DNA of 11,942 nucleotides from a bacterium (GCA_043801585.1 JAZDLX010000017.1:1-11942), one strand, 5' to 3'; counted from the stretch's first letter, positions 1 through 8,158 are shown. Notes: generated by a model not told the origin, from the letters alone. Made by a program: numbers and translations.

Positions 1-18
1 GGTGACCCGGCCATAATT

Positions 19-149
19 TGTCATTCCCGCGCAGGCGGGAATCCAGCACGTAGGCCGGGTTCTCCGAACCCGGCGCGGTGTGGCGCGGAGGGTAGCCCGG
101 CTGCCCCGCTTGTCATGTCGCAGTAACTCGTTGACAGGCCAGCCGGGAA
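19..149. repeat. Cluster of REP-like palindromes downstream of the minus-strand operon
   Basis: TGTCATTCCCGCGCAGGCGGGAATCCAG at 19-46 (ATTCCC-N8-GGGAAT core); GTAG+GCCGGGTTC-tcc-GAACCCGGC at 50-74; GTAG+CCCGGCTG...CAGCCGGG at 92-147. Confidence 0.8.
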
Positions 150-158
150 CAGCATGAA

Positions 159-395
159 TCAAACCTTTGACCGGAACGCCTGTTCCAGCCGCGCCAGAGA
201 CGTCTGGATGTCCGCCAGCCTCGCCCGTATCTCCAGTCCGAACTGTTCCACTTCGCTGCGGTTTGCTTTCACATCATCGAGGTGGCGCAGGTCCGAACGA
301 AGCCGTCCGAATGCCAGCGAAACGGTAACAACCAGCGATCCAAAATAGATCAGGTCGCGAAGCGTGATCGCAAAGTGTGAGGGGTCGGCGATCAT
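159..395 (-). CDS. Small protein with one N-terminal TM helix and a C-terminal coiled coil (78 aa; lysis-accessory or holin-associated-like)
   Basis: 3' part of track ORF 159..1382. ATG at 395 with GAGGGAG SD, in an ATGA overlap with the stop of the upstream gene. Hydrophobic LIYFGSLVVTVSLAFG followed by heptad-like LADIQTSLARLEQAF. Confidence 0.75.
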   Translation of the reverse strand: MIADPSHFAITLRDLIYFGSLVVTVSLAFGRLRSDLRHLDDVKANRSEVEQFGLEIRARLADIQTSLARLEQAFRSKV

Positions 396-622
396 TTCGC
401 TCCCTCTGTGGCTGTCCCGCTGGTTTTGGCGGTTTGCGACGAGTCCGTTTGAGAGGCGGCTTTGGCGATGCCATCGCGAAGCAGCAGGGCCATCAGCGCT
501 GGAATCGCGATCTGCAACCCTTCTGTCAGCGTGCTTTGTCCGGTTGCCACCCGTTCCGTGGCGGCGATCAGAGCGGCAATCGCCGCCCAGAACGTTTTTG
601 TTTTCAGAAGTCGCTTCAGCAT
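392..622 (-). CDS. Putative holin-like small membrane protein (76 aa)
   Basis: AAGGAG SD. Basic N-terminus MLKRLLKTKTFW, two hydrophobic segments (FWAAIAALIAA; LQIAIPALMALLL), then LRDGIAK and a polar tail, the layout of two-TM phage holins. Function is inferred. Confidence 0.65.
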   Translation of the reverse strand: MLKRLLKTKTFWAAIAALIAATERVATGQSTLTEGLQIAIPALMALLLRDGIAKAASQTDSSQTAKTSGTATEGAK

Positions 623-649
623 GGAATTCTTCTCCTTTTCGAATGGGTG

Positions 650-1990
650 TCAGGGATGAGATGGAAGCCCGTCTGAACGGCTCCAGGCCGGTCGACCCCA
701 CGACGTCGGGATCTGAGTAGCGACGGGCTGGGCGCCGATGGTTGTCTTGTCCTCGGCGTAATGAGCGGCGGGCGAGATGGGCATCAGGCGAAAGTCGCTG
801 GAGGCCGGGGAGAGGAAGAGCGGGTTGCGCCGAAGCACATGGTCGGGAGCGGCAACTCCATCCAGATCCGCAGAGTTGTTCCAGAACAGAATTGACGAGA
901 GGAGGAGGCTGCCCAGAGTAGCCTGCGCGCCAGTGGTGCAGTGGGTAATGATCGAACGGGTTGTTGTCAGCGTGCCGCTGCCTCCGCAAAGGAGTCCGGC
1001 GGCGTGGTTCAGGCCGTGAATGGTGACACGGTCCGCTTCGCAGGTAGCTGAACCCAGGTATGCTACAGCCGTCGCACCCGGACCAGGCGTGCAGAAAATG
1101 AGCCGGGACAGAACAATGTTGGTCGTGTCTTCTGAAGTGCCGGTTATACCGTAATCGCTGAAGGTTGAACAGACACCACCTTCCACGATGACACTGTCGG
1201 CGTTGTTTGTAAAGATGCCGAAACCGTTGTCTTCCAGAACGCAATCGGTCAAACGGGTTGTTGATCCGGAAGAGACATACACTCCGCTTGGATTTCCGCT
1301 GGCCCTGCAAGACTCGAGAAGCATCATCGAGGTGGCGCCCGCGAAAAAACCTTTTCCAGCGGAGTTGTTCAGGCTCAGGCAAGCAGTGAGAGTCATCGCG
1401 GAGTTCGATGTCACTTTGAAGCCGTCCAACTGATTGTCATGGGCGGTGCAGCCAAATGCCCGAAGATCGCCGGACAGGTTGGAGTAGTATCCCCAGTCGC
1501 TTGTGCCGTCAGCGGAGCAGCCGTGAAGAGTGAGGATTGCGTGGTCACGGGAATAGAAACCCGCCCGGGCTGCAATGCCCCCTTCGTTGGCGTGAACGGC
1601 GCAGTTCCAGAAAGTGGCATCCGCCGTGGAGCCGTTTGCGTAGACTACGAAGCTGTTCGATATGCCGGAATTGATCAGGTGGAAACCGCGACAGGATCGC
1701 TTTATCGAAAGGCTGTCGGCTGGTTCAATCGCCCACACCTGGACGGTGCCGCTGATTGTCTGTCCGGTGGCCGATCCGATCAGGGTGTCGCCCGCGACGA
1801 CAAGCAGTGTATCGCTCCCTGCGGAGTTGCTCGCCGAGTCGATGGCGGCGGAGAAGGTGGCCAGGGCTTCGCTGTAACTCCGGCCGGAATTACCATTGTC
1901 GCCGTGCGTGCCGACAAACCAGAGTTCCGCCGCAGAGACAGAGGGACCGAATGCCAGGATCAAAACGAAAAGCTGTACGGTTCGTTTCAT
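650..1990 (-). CDS. Secreted right-handed parallel beta-helix (pectin lyase-like fold) protein, 446 aa
   Basis: Start re-called to ATG 1990 (GGAGGAGG SD, ATGA overlap with the upstream gene). Signal peptide MKRTVQLFVLILAFGPSVSA; cap motif WFVGTHGDNGNSGRS..ALATFSAAI..DTLLVVAG; repeated C-x-A-x-x-N...G-F/Y coils; C-terminal NPLF..DFRL..SPA. Confidence 0.85.
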   Translation of the reverse strand: MKRTVQLFVLILAFGPSVSAAELWFVGTHGDNGNSGRSYSEALATFSAAIDSASNSAGSDTLLVVAGDTLIGSATGQTISGTVQVWAIEPADSLSIKRSCRGFHLINSGISNSFVVYANGSTADATFWNCAVHANEGGIAARAGFYSRDHAILTLHGCSADGTSDWGYYSNLSGDLRAFGCTAHDNQLDGFKVTSNSAMTLTACLSLNNSAGKGFFAGATSMMLLESCRASGNPSGVYVSSGSTTRLTDCVLEDNGFGIFTNNADSVIVEGGVCSTFSDYGITGTSEDTTNIVLSRLIFCTPGPGATAVAYLGSATCEADRVTIHGLNHAAGLLCGGSGTLTTTRSIITHCTTGAQATLGSLLLSSILFWNNSADLDGVAAPDHVLRRNPLFLSPASSDFRLMPISPAAHYAEDKTTIGAQPVATQIPTSWGRPAWSRSDGLPSHP

Positions 1991-2310
1991 CGCCAAACCT
2001 CCTCCGCAATGGGGATTCCCCGAAAACGGCTCTCCCAGTCCTCGTACTGGACGACCACCGTGTCTCCCGTGACTGGATCGAGTCCGGCGCGAATGCGCAG
2101 GCTGTCGGGCCAACGGGCGGGGTAAGGCGAACGGAGATACCATGCCGGGAGAGTCAGCGACGAGGTGTCCACGTCTCCGATGGCAACGACCTGTGCGGGG
2201 GTCCAAAGCAACACGTCGGGCGCCTCGCGATCCTCGCTCGGATCGGCTGCGGTCAGAGATCCGCTAAAACACACGAACAACAGGAGCAGGTACGCCGTCA
2301 ACTTTATCAT
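1987..2310 (-). CDS. Hypothetical protein with signal peptide (107 aa)
   Basis: GGAGG SD, ATGA overlaps with both neighbours, N-terminus MIKLTAYLLLLFVCFSGSLTA|A. Confidence 0.75.
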   Translation of the reverse strand: MIKLTAYLLLLFVCFSGSLTAADPSEDREAPDVLLWTPAQVVAIGDVDTSSLTLPAWYLRSPYPARWPDSLRIRAGLDPVTGDTVVVQYEDWESRFRGIPIAEEVWR

Positions 2311-2849
2311 CGAACCCTCCAGAGATCCAGCCGCACGTTGGCGCTGTCAGCCGAGACAATGATGAATCGCAAGTAGCCTCCTCCGTACACTGGAATCGGC
2401 AGCGAAACTCCCGTCCCTGCGATTGTCAATGGATCGGTTGTGGGAATCAGGATCAGCGACTCATCCCACTGCTCGTAGATCACAGTCGTATCGTCGAGAG
2501 CCACCTGTGCGCTCACTGTGATTGAAGGATCGGCCGCATGCGCCACCGTAGCGGTGTCGACCTTCACGAAGAGGGTGAAACGGGTTGGGGCAAACACCCG
2601 TTCGGATGCCAGGTCCGCCGTGTGGGTTCCGAAACGGAGCCAGGAGGTGGTGTCGGCGGCAGCCTTGATAATGCCGTCGTAAAGAGTCGTCACACGGGCA
2701 ACACGTTCGCCCTGAAGGAGTCCGGCGGTGGACGAAAAACTCTGGGCGTTTGCGGACAGGGCGCAAAAATAGAGAAGGACAGCGGTCAGGATCGCGAAGC
2801 CAAGCTTCAGGGCGTGACGTTGACGTTGGGAAAGGGATGGGGAGATCAT
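2307..2849 (-). CDS. Hypothetical beta-sandwich protein with signal peptide (180 aa), possibly jelly-roll/capsid-cement-like
   Basis: Start re-called to ATG 2849 (GGAGG SD). Basic n-region, hydrophobic LGFAILTAVLLYFCAL, ANA|Q cleavage site; alternating beta-strand pattern ending GGGYLRFIIVS...VRLDLW. Confidence 0.75.
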   Translation of the reverse strand: MISPSLSQRQRHALKLGFAILTAVLLYFCALSANAQSFSSTAGLLQGERVARVTTLYDGIIKAAADTTSWLRFGTHTADLASERVFAPTRFTLFVKVDTATVAHAADPSITVSAQVALDDTTVIYEQWDESLILIPTTDPLTIAGTGVSLPIPVYGGGYLRFIIVSADSANVRLDLWRVR

Positions 2850-2902
2850 GGTTCCTCCGGAAAAGCGGTGGGTACAATGCAATGAATCGAAATGGAAGTG
2901 GG

Positions 2903-3664
2903 TCACTTTCCGTTCTTGTTGGAAATGCAGGTTTTCTGTGTGACCGGTTGAACGGAGCGGATTGGTGCGAGGAGGGCGGAATAGCGGATGCCACGGTGTT
3001 TGATCAGCAATTTTCGTTCGGTCCCGTCGTCGTCGATGCCGTTCTCTTTTTCGTCTTTCGCGGTGGCGTGGTCACAGGCGAGTTCGATGCCGGTGCCGGG
3101 GGCCGCGCCACGGTAGACCAGCGACCCTTCGGTGACCCGTTCGATCCCGTCGTACCAGAAAAAGCAGAGCTGGCCGTCATAAGTGCGCCCCGGCCAATGA
3201 GGACAGCCGCGCAGATCCTGCTCGCAGATGGAGCAGATGGGTGCGCGATAGACGAAGGCGATGGAGGCTTCGTTGTAGACACCCGCGTCGATCATCACCC
3301 TAAGGTCGTCCGCCTGAGAATGGACGCGCGGCCAGTAGAAACGGGGAACGATCCAGGAGATGTCGTCCCGTTTCTCGACATCGCCTCCGAAGAATCGTGC
3401 GATGCCAAGTGTGCGTCGGTCGTGCCCGATCAGCACGGGCGCACCCTGGACAAGCTCGAGCAGGCGGGGGAGGTTCTCGGTGCGGAATCGACCGTAGCGG
3501 CTGTCTATCTGGTCGCTGGCGAGACGGCAACGGCGAACGTAGATCTCGCTGGCGGAAAGAGGCAGCAACGGCGGATTGGCCAGTCCGTGAATAATTTTGA
3601 GATCCTGCTCACTGACCGTACACGGTTCACGCAGGAGGGTGCCCGAAAGATGCTGCGAAAGCAT
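2903..3664 (-). CDS. Prohead maturation protease (HK97-like fold) with Cys/His metal-binding insert
   Basis: AAAGGA SD. Motifs DQIDSRYGRF, VLIGHD (His), IDAGVYNEASIAF (Ser), EGSLVYRGA, plus CSIC-x6-CPHWPG-x-x-YDG-x-x-C. Lies directly after the portal. Confidence 0.8.
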   Translation of the reverse strand: MLSQHLSGTLLREPCTVSEQDLKIIHGLANPPLLPLSASEIYVRRCRLASDQIDSRYGRFRTENLPRLLELVQGAPVLIGHDRRTLGIARFFGGDVEKRDDISWIVPRFYWPRVHSQADDLRVMIDAGVYNEASIAFVYRAPICSICEQDLRGCPHWPGRTYDGQLCFFWYDGIERVTEGSLVYRGAAPGTGIELACDHATAKDEKENGIDDDGTERKLLIKHRGIRYSALLAPIRSVQPVTQKTCISNKNGK

Positions 3665-3694
3665 AGGGTGATTCCTTTCGTTGAAGGCGATGTC

Positions 3695-3812
3695 GGGTGG
3701 CCCGGTCGGCTTGATGGCCGGGTCTCAACTCTGAAGTATGGCCCGGCTGCCCCGCCAGCCAGGTTCACCACGGCTATGTGCCCTTTTCATTGCCGTCGGG
3801 TGGCTCGAGCAG
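3695..3812. repeat. Degenerate REP-like palindromes between portal and protease
   Basis: GGGTGGCCCGGTC...GGCCGGG at 3695-3722; GCCCGGCTGCCCCGC at 3741-3755 is identical to 95-109; CGGGTGGCTCGA near 3797-3808 matches the reverse complement of about 11685-11696. Confidence 0.6.
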
Positions 3813-3847
3813 TCAGTTGACTGATCGGGTTTCATTGTCGAGAGATG

Positions 3848-5119
3848 TCACTCCGGACGGAACGCTTTGTCATAACCGAGCTCACGGGCAGCCTGGTCGC
3901 GCGAGAGAATTCCGGCGGCGATCAGACGCTCCGCGCGCTCCATCTCCAGCATGCGGGCACGGTTGCGCTCGACAATGAACGGATCCTGGTTTGGTGCGAA
4001 CTTCCACGTGGGGATGGCGAGGTTGCCCGCGAGGCGAAGTTCAAGGCGGAGCAGCCATTCGGCGAGGTCGCTGCCGAGTTGCTGCAAAGCGTCCACGATC
4101 TGCATCAGCAGGTTGTACTGGGAATAGATCCAGTTCTTCGTCGTGCCGTGACTGCGGCCAAGTGTCCACGGAAAGAGTTTCAGGCCGGTGATCACATCCT
4201 CGATCACCTGCTCACGGTTCAGCTTCCAGATGCCTGCTTCGTCGCCGGTACCGCCGATCAGTTTCACCTCCACACCAGACCAGGTGAAAACGTTGTCATC
4301 CGGACCCAGGTCCTGGAACTGGCGCACGGTGGCGTCGAAATAGCTGTTGATCCGTTGCGTGTAACTCTCCTGGTCTTCGCCGGGAATACGTTCCGGGGGA
4401 GCGAGCTTGATCTGGAGACGGGGGGTGCCGGCGTTGTGGCTGCTGCGGGCCATGTCCTCGAGCATCTTCTGCTCGATTTCCACGACAAACGGGATGCTCG
4501 CCAGCGGGTCGATTCCCTCGATCTGGTGCAGGTCGCTGATCAGCGTTCGATGGAAAAACATCAACGGTGGCAGGGATTTCAGCGATCCATCCTCGAGCTC
4601 ATAGAACGGCTCGCTGCGGCCATCCGGATGTTTTCGCCAGCGGATCTGGAAGGGGTCCAGCGCTTCCACATGACTGATCCCCGTTCCATCCGGAAACGGG
4701 TGTGCGAGCAGGGCGACACGGCCGAGGGTGAACAGATCGAGGAAGAAGGATTCCACAAGGCGTTCAAGTCCACGGGTGTGGCCGTCACGTTTTGGATAGA
4801 CCCGCCTTTGCAACTGGTCGGCGAGGGAGTTGGCGCGCCGCACCTCCATTTCAGGTCCCCGGAAATCGAGACGCTGGGGTGTCGTACAGAGGTGTACCCA
4901 GGTCCAGATGCCGGCACTGACGATGGGGATGCGGTCCCGGAGAAACCGGTAGTATTCGGCGCGGTTCGCCCCCGTGTACCGGAACTCGCGTCCTGTCGCG
5001 AGTTGGGCGAGTGGACCGTCCGTGATGATCAGATCGTTGCGGGTAACGGAGGGCCGCCCCGCGAACACCTTGGGGTGGACGATCGGTTCGCGCTTGCGTG
5101 AAAAGAATCGTGCGAGCAT
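3848..5119 (-). CDS. Phage portal protein
   Basis: About 423 aa, directly downstream of terminase. YRFLRDRIPIVSAGI, DLFTLGRVAL, EGIDPLASIPFV, AGTPRLQI, QVITGLKLFPWTLG-like segment, C-terminal GILSRDQAARELGY. ATG 5119 preferred over GTG 5125 because GAGGTG forms its SD. Confidence 0.85.
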   Translation of the reverse strand: MLARFFSRKREPIVHPKVFAGRPSVTRNDLIITDGPLAQLATGREFRYTGANRAEYYRFLRDRIPIVSAGIWTWVHLCTTPQRLDFRGPEMEVRRANSLADQLQRRVYPKRDGHTRGLERLVESFFLDLFTLGRVALLAHPFPDGTGISHVEALDPFQIRWRKHPDGRSEPFYELEDGSLKSLPPLMFFHRTLISDLHQIEGIDPLASIPFVVEIEQKMLEDMARSSHNAGTPRLQIKLAPPERIPGEDQESYTQRINSYFDATVRQFQDLGPDDNVFTWSGVEVKLIGGTGDEAGIWKLNREQVIEDVITGLKLFPWTLGRSHGTTKNWIYSQYNLLMQIVDALQQLGSDLAEWLLRLELRLAGNLAIPTWKFAPNQDPFIVERNRARMLEMERAERLIAAGILSRDQAARELGYDKAFRPE

Positions 5120-5155
5120 GGGCACCTCTATCTGAGATTCGTAAACGAGCCTGGG

Positions 5156-6493
5156 CTAACGGTGGGTGCGGGAGTCGATCCCCGCGACACGGGGTGTTGC
5201 GGGGAGGGGGCTTCGTTGAAAACGTGGGAGGTTGATAACCAGATAGCGAAGAGCGTCCATCAGGTGGTCGTGTTCACCGTCCTTGACCGGACTCTCTCCG
5301 CTGGCATCCCAGGCATACGCCTGAAAGGCGGTGATCAATGGAGCGCAGCGCTTGTGGACACGCAGCTCAATCTCGCCGTTGGCGTCGCGAAGCAGGGCAC
5401 GCAACGCCTCGATGCCGGGTGAGACCGAAGAGGGTCTATGAACGGTCTTAATGCCGATCTGCTGAAACGCCTCCTCGGGGCTGATACCGAAATCGTTGTT
5501 CGCTGCTCCGGCGGGGTCCACGGCTGTGTGGGTGAAATCTCGTTCGTGTAAACCGTACCGTGCGTCCACATGGGCGATCCTGTCCAGAAGTAACGGAATC
5601 GGCAAGCGGTCCCCGACGAGACAATCGAACACGGTCAATTGTCCTTTGGCATCCTCTTCCGCCCAGATAACCGCCGGGCGACGGTAGCCGAAATCCACAC
5701 CACGGTAGAGACGCACTCCCCGCCGTGAACCGGGACGCGGGGTACGTTTGACCACGTGAAATTCCACCTCGAACTGATCGTAGACACGTCCCTCCGCTCC
5801 CTCGAAGGAGAGCTCCTGTTCGCGCCGCCAGCGCGCTTCGGAGAGGCCGGACCGGGCGGATTCCTGCCACTCGCAGCTTTTTTCGGGATTCTGCGAATAA
5901 TGCAGCCGGTACTTGAAGAAATGGGAGTTCTTGTCGTGCACGAGACGGGCGAAAACTCCGGCGGGACCGTTGGGCGTAGAGACTCCCAGAAATGAACCGC
6001 CGGAATCCACGGCGGGCTTCACCGCTGTCCACACCTCTTCGTCGTAGGGTGTAAACGCCATTTCGTCCCAGAAAACCGTGCGCGGGGAACGGCCCCGGAC
6101 GGCGTGGGGTGTCGTTGGCAGCGAAAGGATCTGTGTGTTCCGCTCCGGGAACACAATGCCGTCCGCCTTGACACGGATCTTTTCATCCATCAGGTCGGAC
6201 GGGAGGTGGTCATAGAGAAAACGGACTCGGTCAATCAGCTCGCGGGCGGACCGCTCCTCCTTGGAGAGGACAAGGTGCTGTCCGGGACCGCCGGTGATTG
6301 CACGATGCAGCAGCCAGGCACATCCGATCCAGGTCACCATCATCTGGCGGCTTTTGACAACGAGGACCCGGTCGCAGTTTTCCAGGGTTTTCGCCAGTTC
6401 GTAGATATAGCTCCAGTCTGGAATGGCGCGTGGGGTGTCGTGACCGGGGTCGTGAGTCTGGCAGTGCTGGAGAAAAGGCGGGAAATCAAGCAT
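5156..6493 (-). CDS. terL: Terminase large subunit
   Basis: Walker A-type VKSRQMMVT, Walker B VFWDEMAF, coupling motif STPNG, nuclease GVDFGY, DPAG, and KDGEHDHLMDALRY. All catalytic motifs look intact. Confidence 0.95.
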   Translation of the reverse strand: MLDFPPFLQHCQTHDPGHDTPRAIPDWSYIYELAKTLENCDRVLVVKSRQMMVTWIGCAWLLHRAITGGPGQHLVLSKEERSARELIDRVRFLYDHLPSDLMDEKIRVKADGIVFPERNTQILSLPTTPHAVRGRSPRTVFWDEMAFTPYDEEVWTAVKPAVDSGGSFLGVSTPNGPAGVFARLVHDKNSHFFKYRLHYSQNPEKSCEWQESARSGLSEARWRREQELSFEGAEGRVYDQFEVEFHVVKRTPRPGSRRGVRLYRGVDFGYRRPAVIWAEEDAKGQLTVFDCLVGDRLPIPLLLDRIAHVDARYGLHERDFTHTAVDPAGAANNDFGISPEEAFQQIGIKTVHRPSSVSPGIEALRALLRDANGEIELRVHKRCAPLITAFQAYAWDASGESPVKDGEHDHLMDALRYLVINLPRFQRSPLPATPRVAGIDSRTHR

Positions 6494-6647
6494 AGAGTGT
6501 CACAGCTTTCGTCTTATTGTACGTTTTGTCTCGAAAAGCATGAGGCTTTCCTTGTCGAAACCGACAGGTCCACTCGATGGGATTAAATCCCCGGGTTTCA
6601 ATCACTGCTTAGGTTACTTCCGCTCCTTCTGTCACCCTCACTCCTTT

Positions 6648-6724
6648 TGTCACCTCCGCGAAGGCGGGGGTCCAGTCAGTGAACGAGGTAAAACATCTGG
6701 ATTCCCGCCTTCGCGGGAATGACA
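6648..6724. repeat. Inverted pair of REP-like palindromes (GTCAYYCCCGCG..GCGGGAATCCA type)
   Basis: TGTCACCTCCGCGAAGGCGGGGGTCCAG (6648-6675) faces CTGGATTCCCGCCTTCGCGGGAATGACA (6697-6724); same family as 19-46. Confidence 0.85.
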
Positions 6725-6750
6725 ACTGGAGGAATATCGTCCGATCCCGG

Positions 6751-6814
6751 GGGTGGCCCGGGACTCTTGTCCGCCGAATCCCGAACCGTCGGGAGAAGGC
6801 GGATCAGTCCCTGG
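6751..6814. repeat. Nested REP-like hairpin
   Basis: GGGTGGCCC head, then nested stems GGGACT/AGTCCC, TCCGCC/GGCGGA and TCCCGA/TCGGGA. Confidence 0.6.
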
Positions 6815-6904
6815 TTTCATAAGGACTAATTGTTGCTCGAACGTGTGGTCCGACGGCCCCGCTTGCCATGTCGTAGCAACACGAAGACAGGACAGTCGTG
6901 TATC

Positions 6905-7753
6905 CTACCAGTTGTGGGGCGGTGTGTTCGACTGAAGCGATGGGGCGGCGGGAAGCGGCTGTTTCAGGAATTTGGACAGGGTGGTCGTCGCCCGTTCGCG
7001 GAAACGGATGGAAAGCTCCATGAATCGCCGGGCGCGATCGTCCGCGGAGGGATCGCCGACGGAACTGAGCGTGCGCAACGCGAGATCGTCACAGAGCTGG
7101 GAAAGCGTCAGTTCCGTCGCGCCGATCACCAGTCCTTCATCGGTGGAGCTGGCGCTGTAGCCGTCACGGAGACGGTCGACAATCTTCGCTTCCGCCTCGC
7201 TGATCGCCTGTCCGATCAAAGCGTCGGAGGTGCCCGCTGCGTTGGTGGAGTAGGAGACGAGGACACGCGCCGGGTCAGGGAGGTTGCCGGTGACAATTCG
7301 TGTCACAGTTCCGGCGGCGTAGTCCACCTCGAAGTCCACACCTTCGGCGAACAGATCCAGTGGGAGCAGGTACGCCTGCACGGTGTCGCCGGAGCCGATC
7401 GCTCCCGAGGCGATCCGTTTCACTTGAGCGGTCTCGTCGAGGACGGCGTAATCCACTCCCTCGATGAAACGTGACAGCGGCGGGTCGGAGGGAGCGATCA
7501 CGATGCTTCCGGGGGCGTTCGCGTCATATCCGGTGGCGTACCAGCTTTCACCGGAGAGGGTGAGCGGGACAGGTCCGGCAGGATCGGTGACATGCAGGGC
7601 GTAGACACGGACGCTGCCGGGGGAGAGGGTGCCGTGGGGAAGTTGGATCGCGCTGGCACCGCTGAGCACGAAGGGAAGAAACCGCACCTCGAGCGAATCC
7701 ACGCTGAGTGCCTGCAGGTGCAGCTTGATGGTTGTGGCATCGGTCCAGGCCAT
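6905..7753 (-). CDS. Head-tail adaptor (head completion)-like protein with large internal beta-rich insertion, 282 aa
   Basis: GAGGA SD. N-terminal MAWTDATTIKLHL and C-terminal DALIGQAISEAEAKIVDRLRDGY...ATELTLSQL resemble HK97 gp6 / Mu gp36-type adaptors. Downstream of the capsid gene. Confidence 0.65.
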   Translation of the reverse strand: MAWTDATTIKLHLQALSVDSLEVRFLPFVLSGASAIQLPHGTLSPGSVRVYALHVTDPAGPVPLTLSGESWYATGYDANAPGSIVIAPSDPPLSRFIEGVDYAVLDETAQVKRIASGAIGSGDTVQAYLLPLDLFAEGVDFEVDYAAGTVTRIVTGNLPDPARVLVSYSTNAAGTSDALIGQAISEAEAKIVDRLRDGYSASSTDEGLVIGATELTLSQLCDDLALRTLSSVGDPSADDRARRFMELSIRFRERATTTLSKFLKQPLPAAPSLQSNTPPHNW

Positions 7754-7754
7754 G

Positions 7755-8126
7755 TCAATTCCTCGAGAATAGCAGGCCGACGCTCGCCTGGAGAGTTGAG
7801 TTGGCGGGCACGCCGGACACCTGCACGTTGGTGAAGTTTCCGTTGCGGATCACAGAGACGGTGAACGTACCTCCCGAGTAGGTGGCGAAAAGGGTGATCC
7901 GGTCATTGGCGCTGACGGACAAGGTCCGGGTGTCGCTGCGCAGGGTGCTGCCATCCCATACGGAAAGACCGGTGATCGTTCCCGAAAAGGGCAGCGGGAC
8001 GCCATCCGCGCCAATCCCTCCGGCTCCCTTAAGGAAGGTGGATGAGGTGGCTACGGAAGCGGAGAAAGGAAGCAGCGATGGAGACATCCTCGCTTCGAGA
8101 AACGCTGCTGTCAGATTCAATGCCAT
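7755..8126 (-). CDS. Hypothetical beta-rich protein (123 aa), probable virion component
   Basis: GGAG SD; Ser/Thr/Gly-rich beta-strand pattern (GVPLPFSGTITGLSVW, ANDRITLFA); lies between capsid and adaptor. Confidence 0.75.
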   Translation of the reverse strand: MALNLTAAFLEARMSPSLLPFSASVATSSTFLKGAGGIGADGVPLPFSGTITGLSVWDGSTLRSDTRTLSVSANDRITLFATYSGGTFTVSVIRNGNFTNVQVSGVPANSTLQASVGLLFSRN

Positions 8127-8158
8127 GAGGTCTCCGGGTCAGGGGAAACCGGCGGGAG

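Noticed and set aside
19..46. ATTCCC-N8-GGGAAT as a Neisseria dRS3 phage attachment site
   Set aside because: It matches the dRS3 core, but similar palindromes occur in many bacteria, another copy lies inside the cluster, and no integrase or flanking att pair is visible.
396..1382. N-terminal 329 aa of track ORF 159..1382
   Set aside because: Arg/Pro-rich off-frame read-through overlapping the beta-helix and holin-like genes; only 159-395 has an SD and a plausible product.
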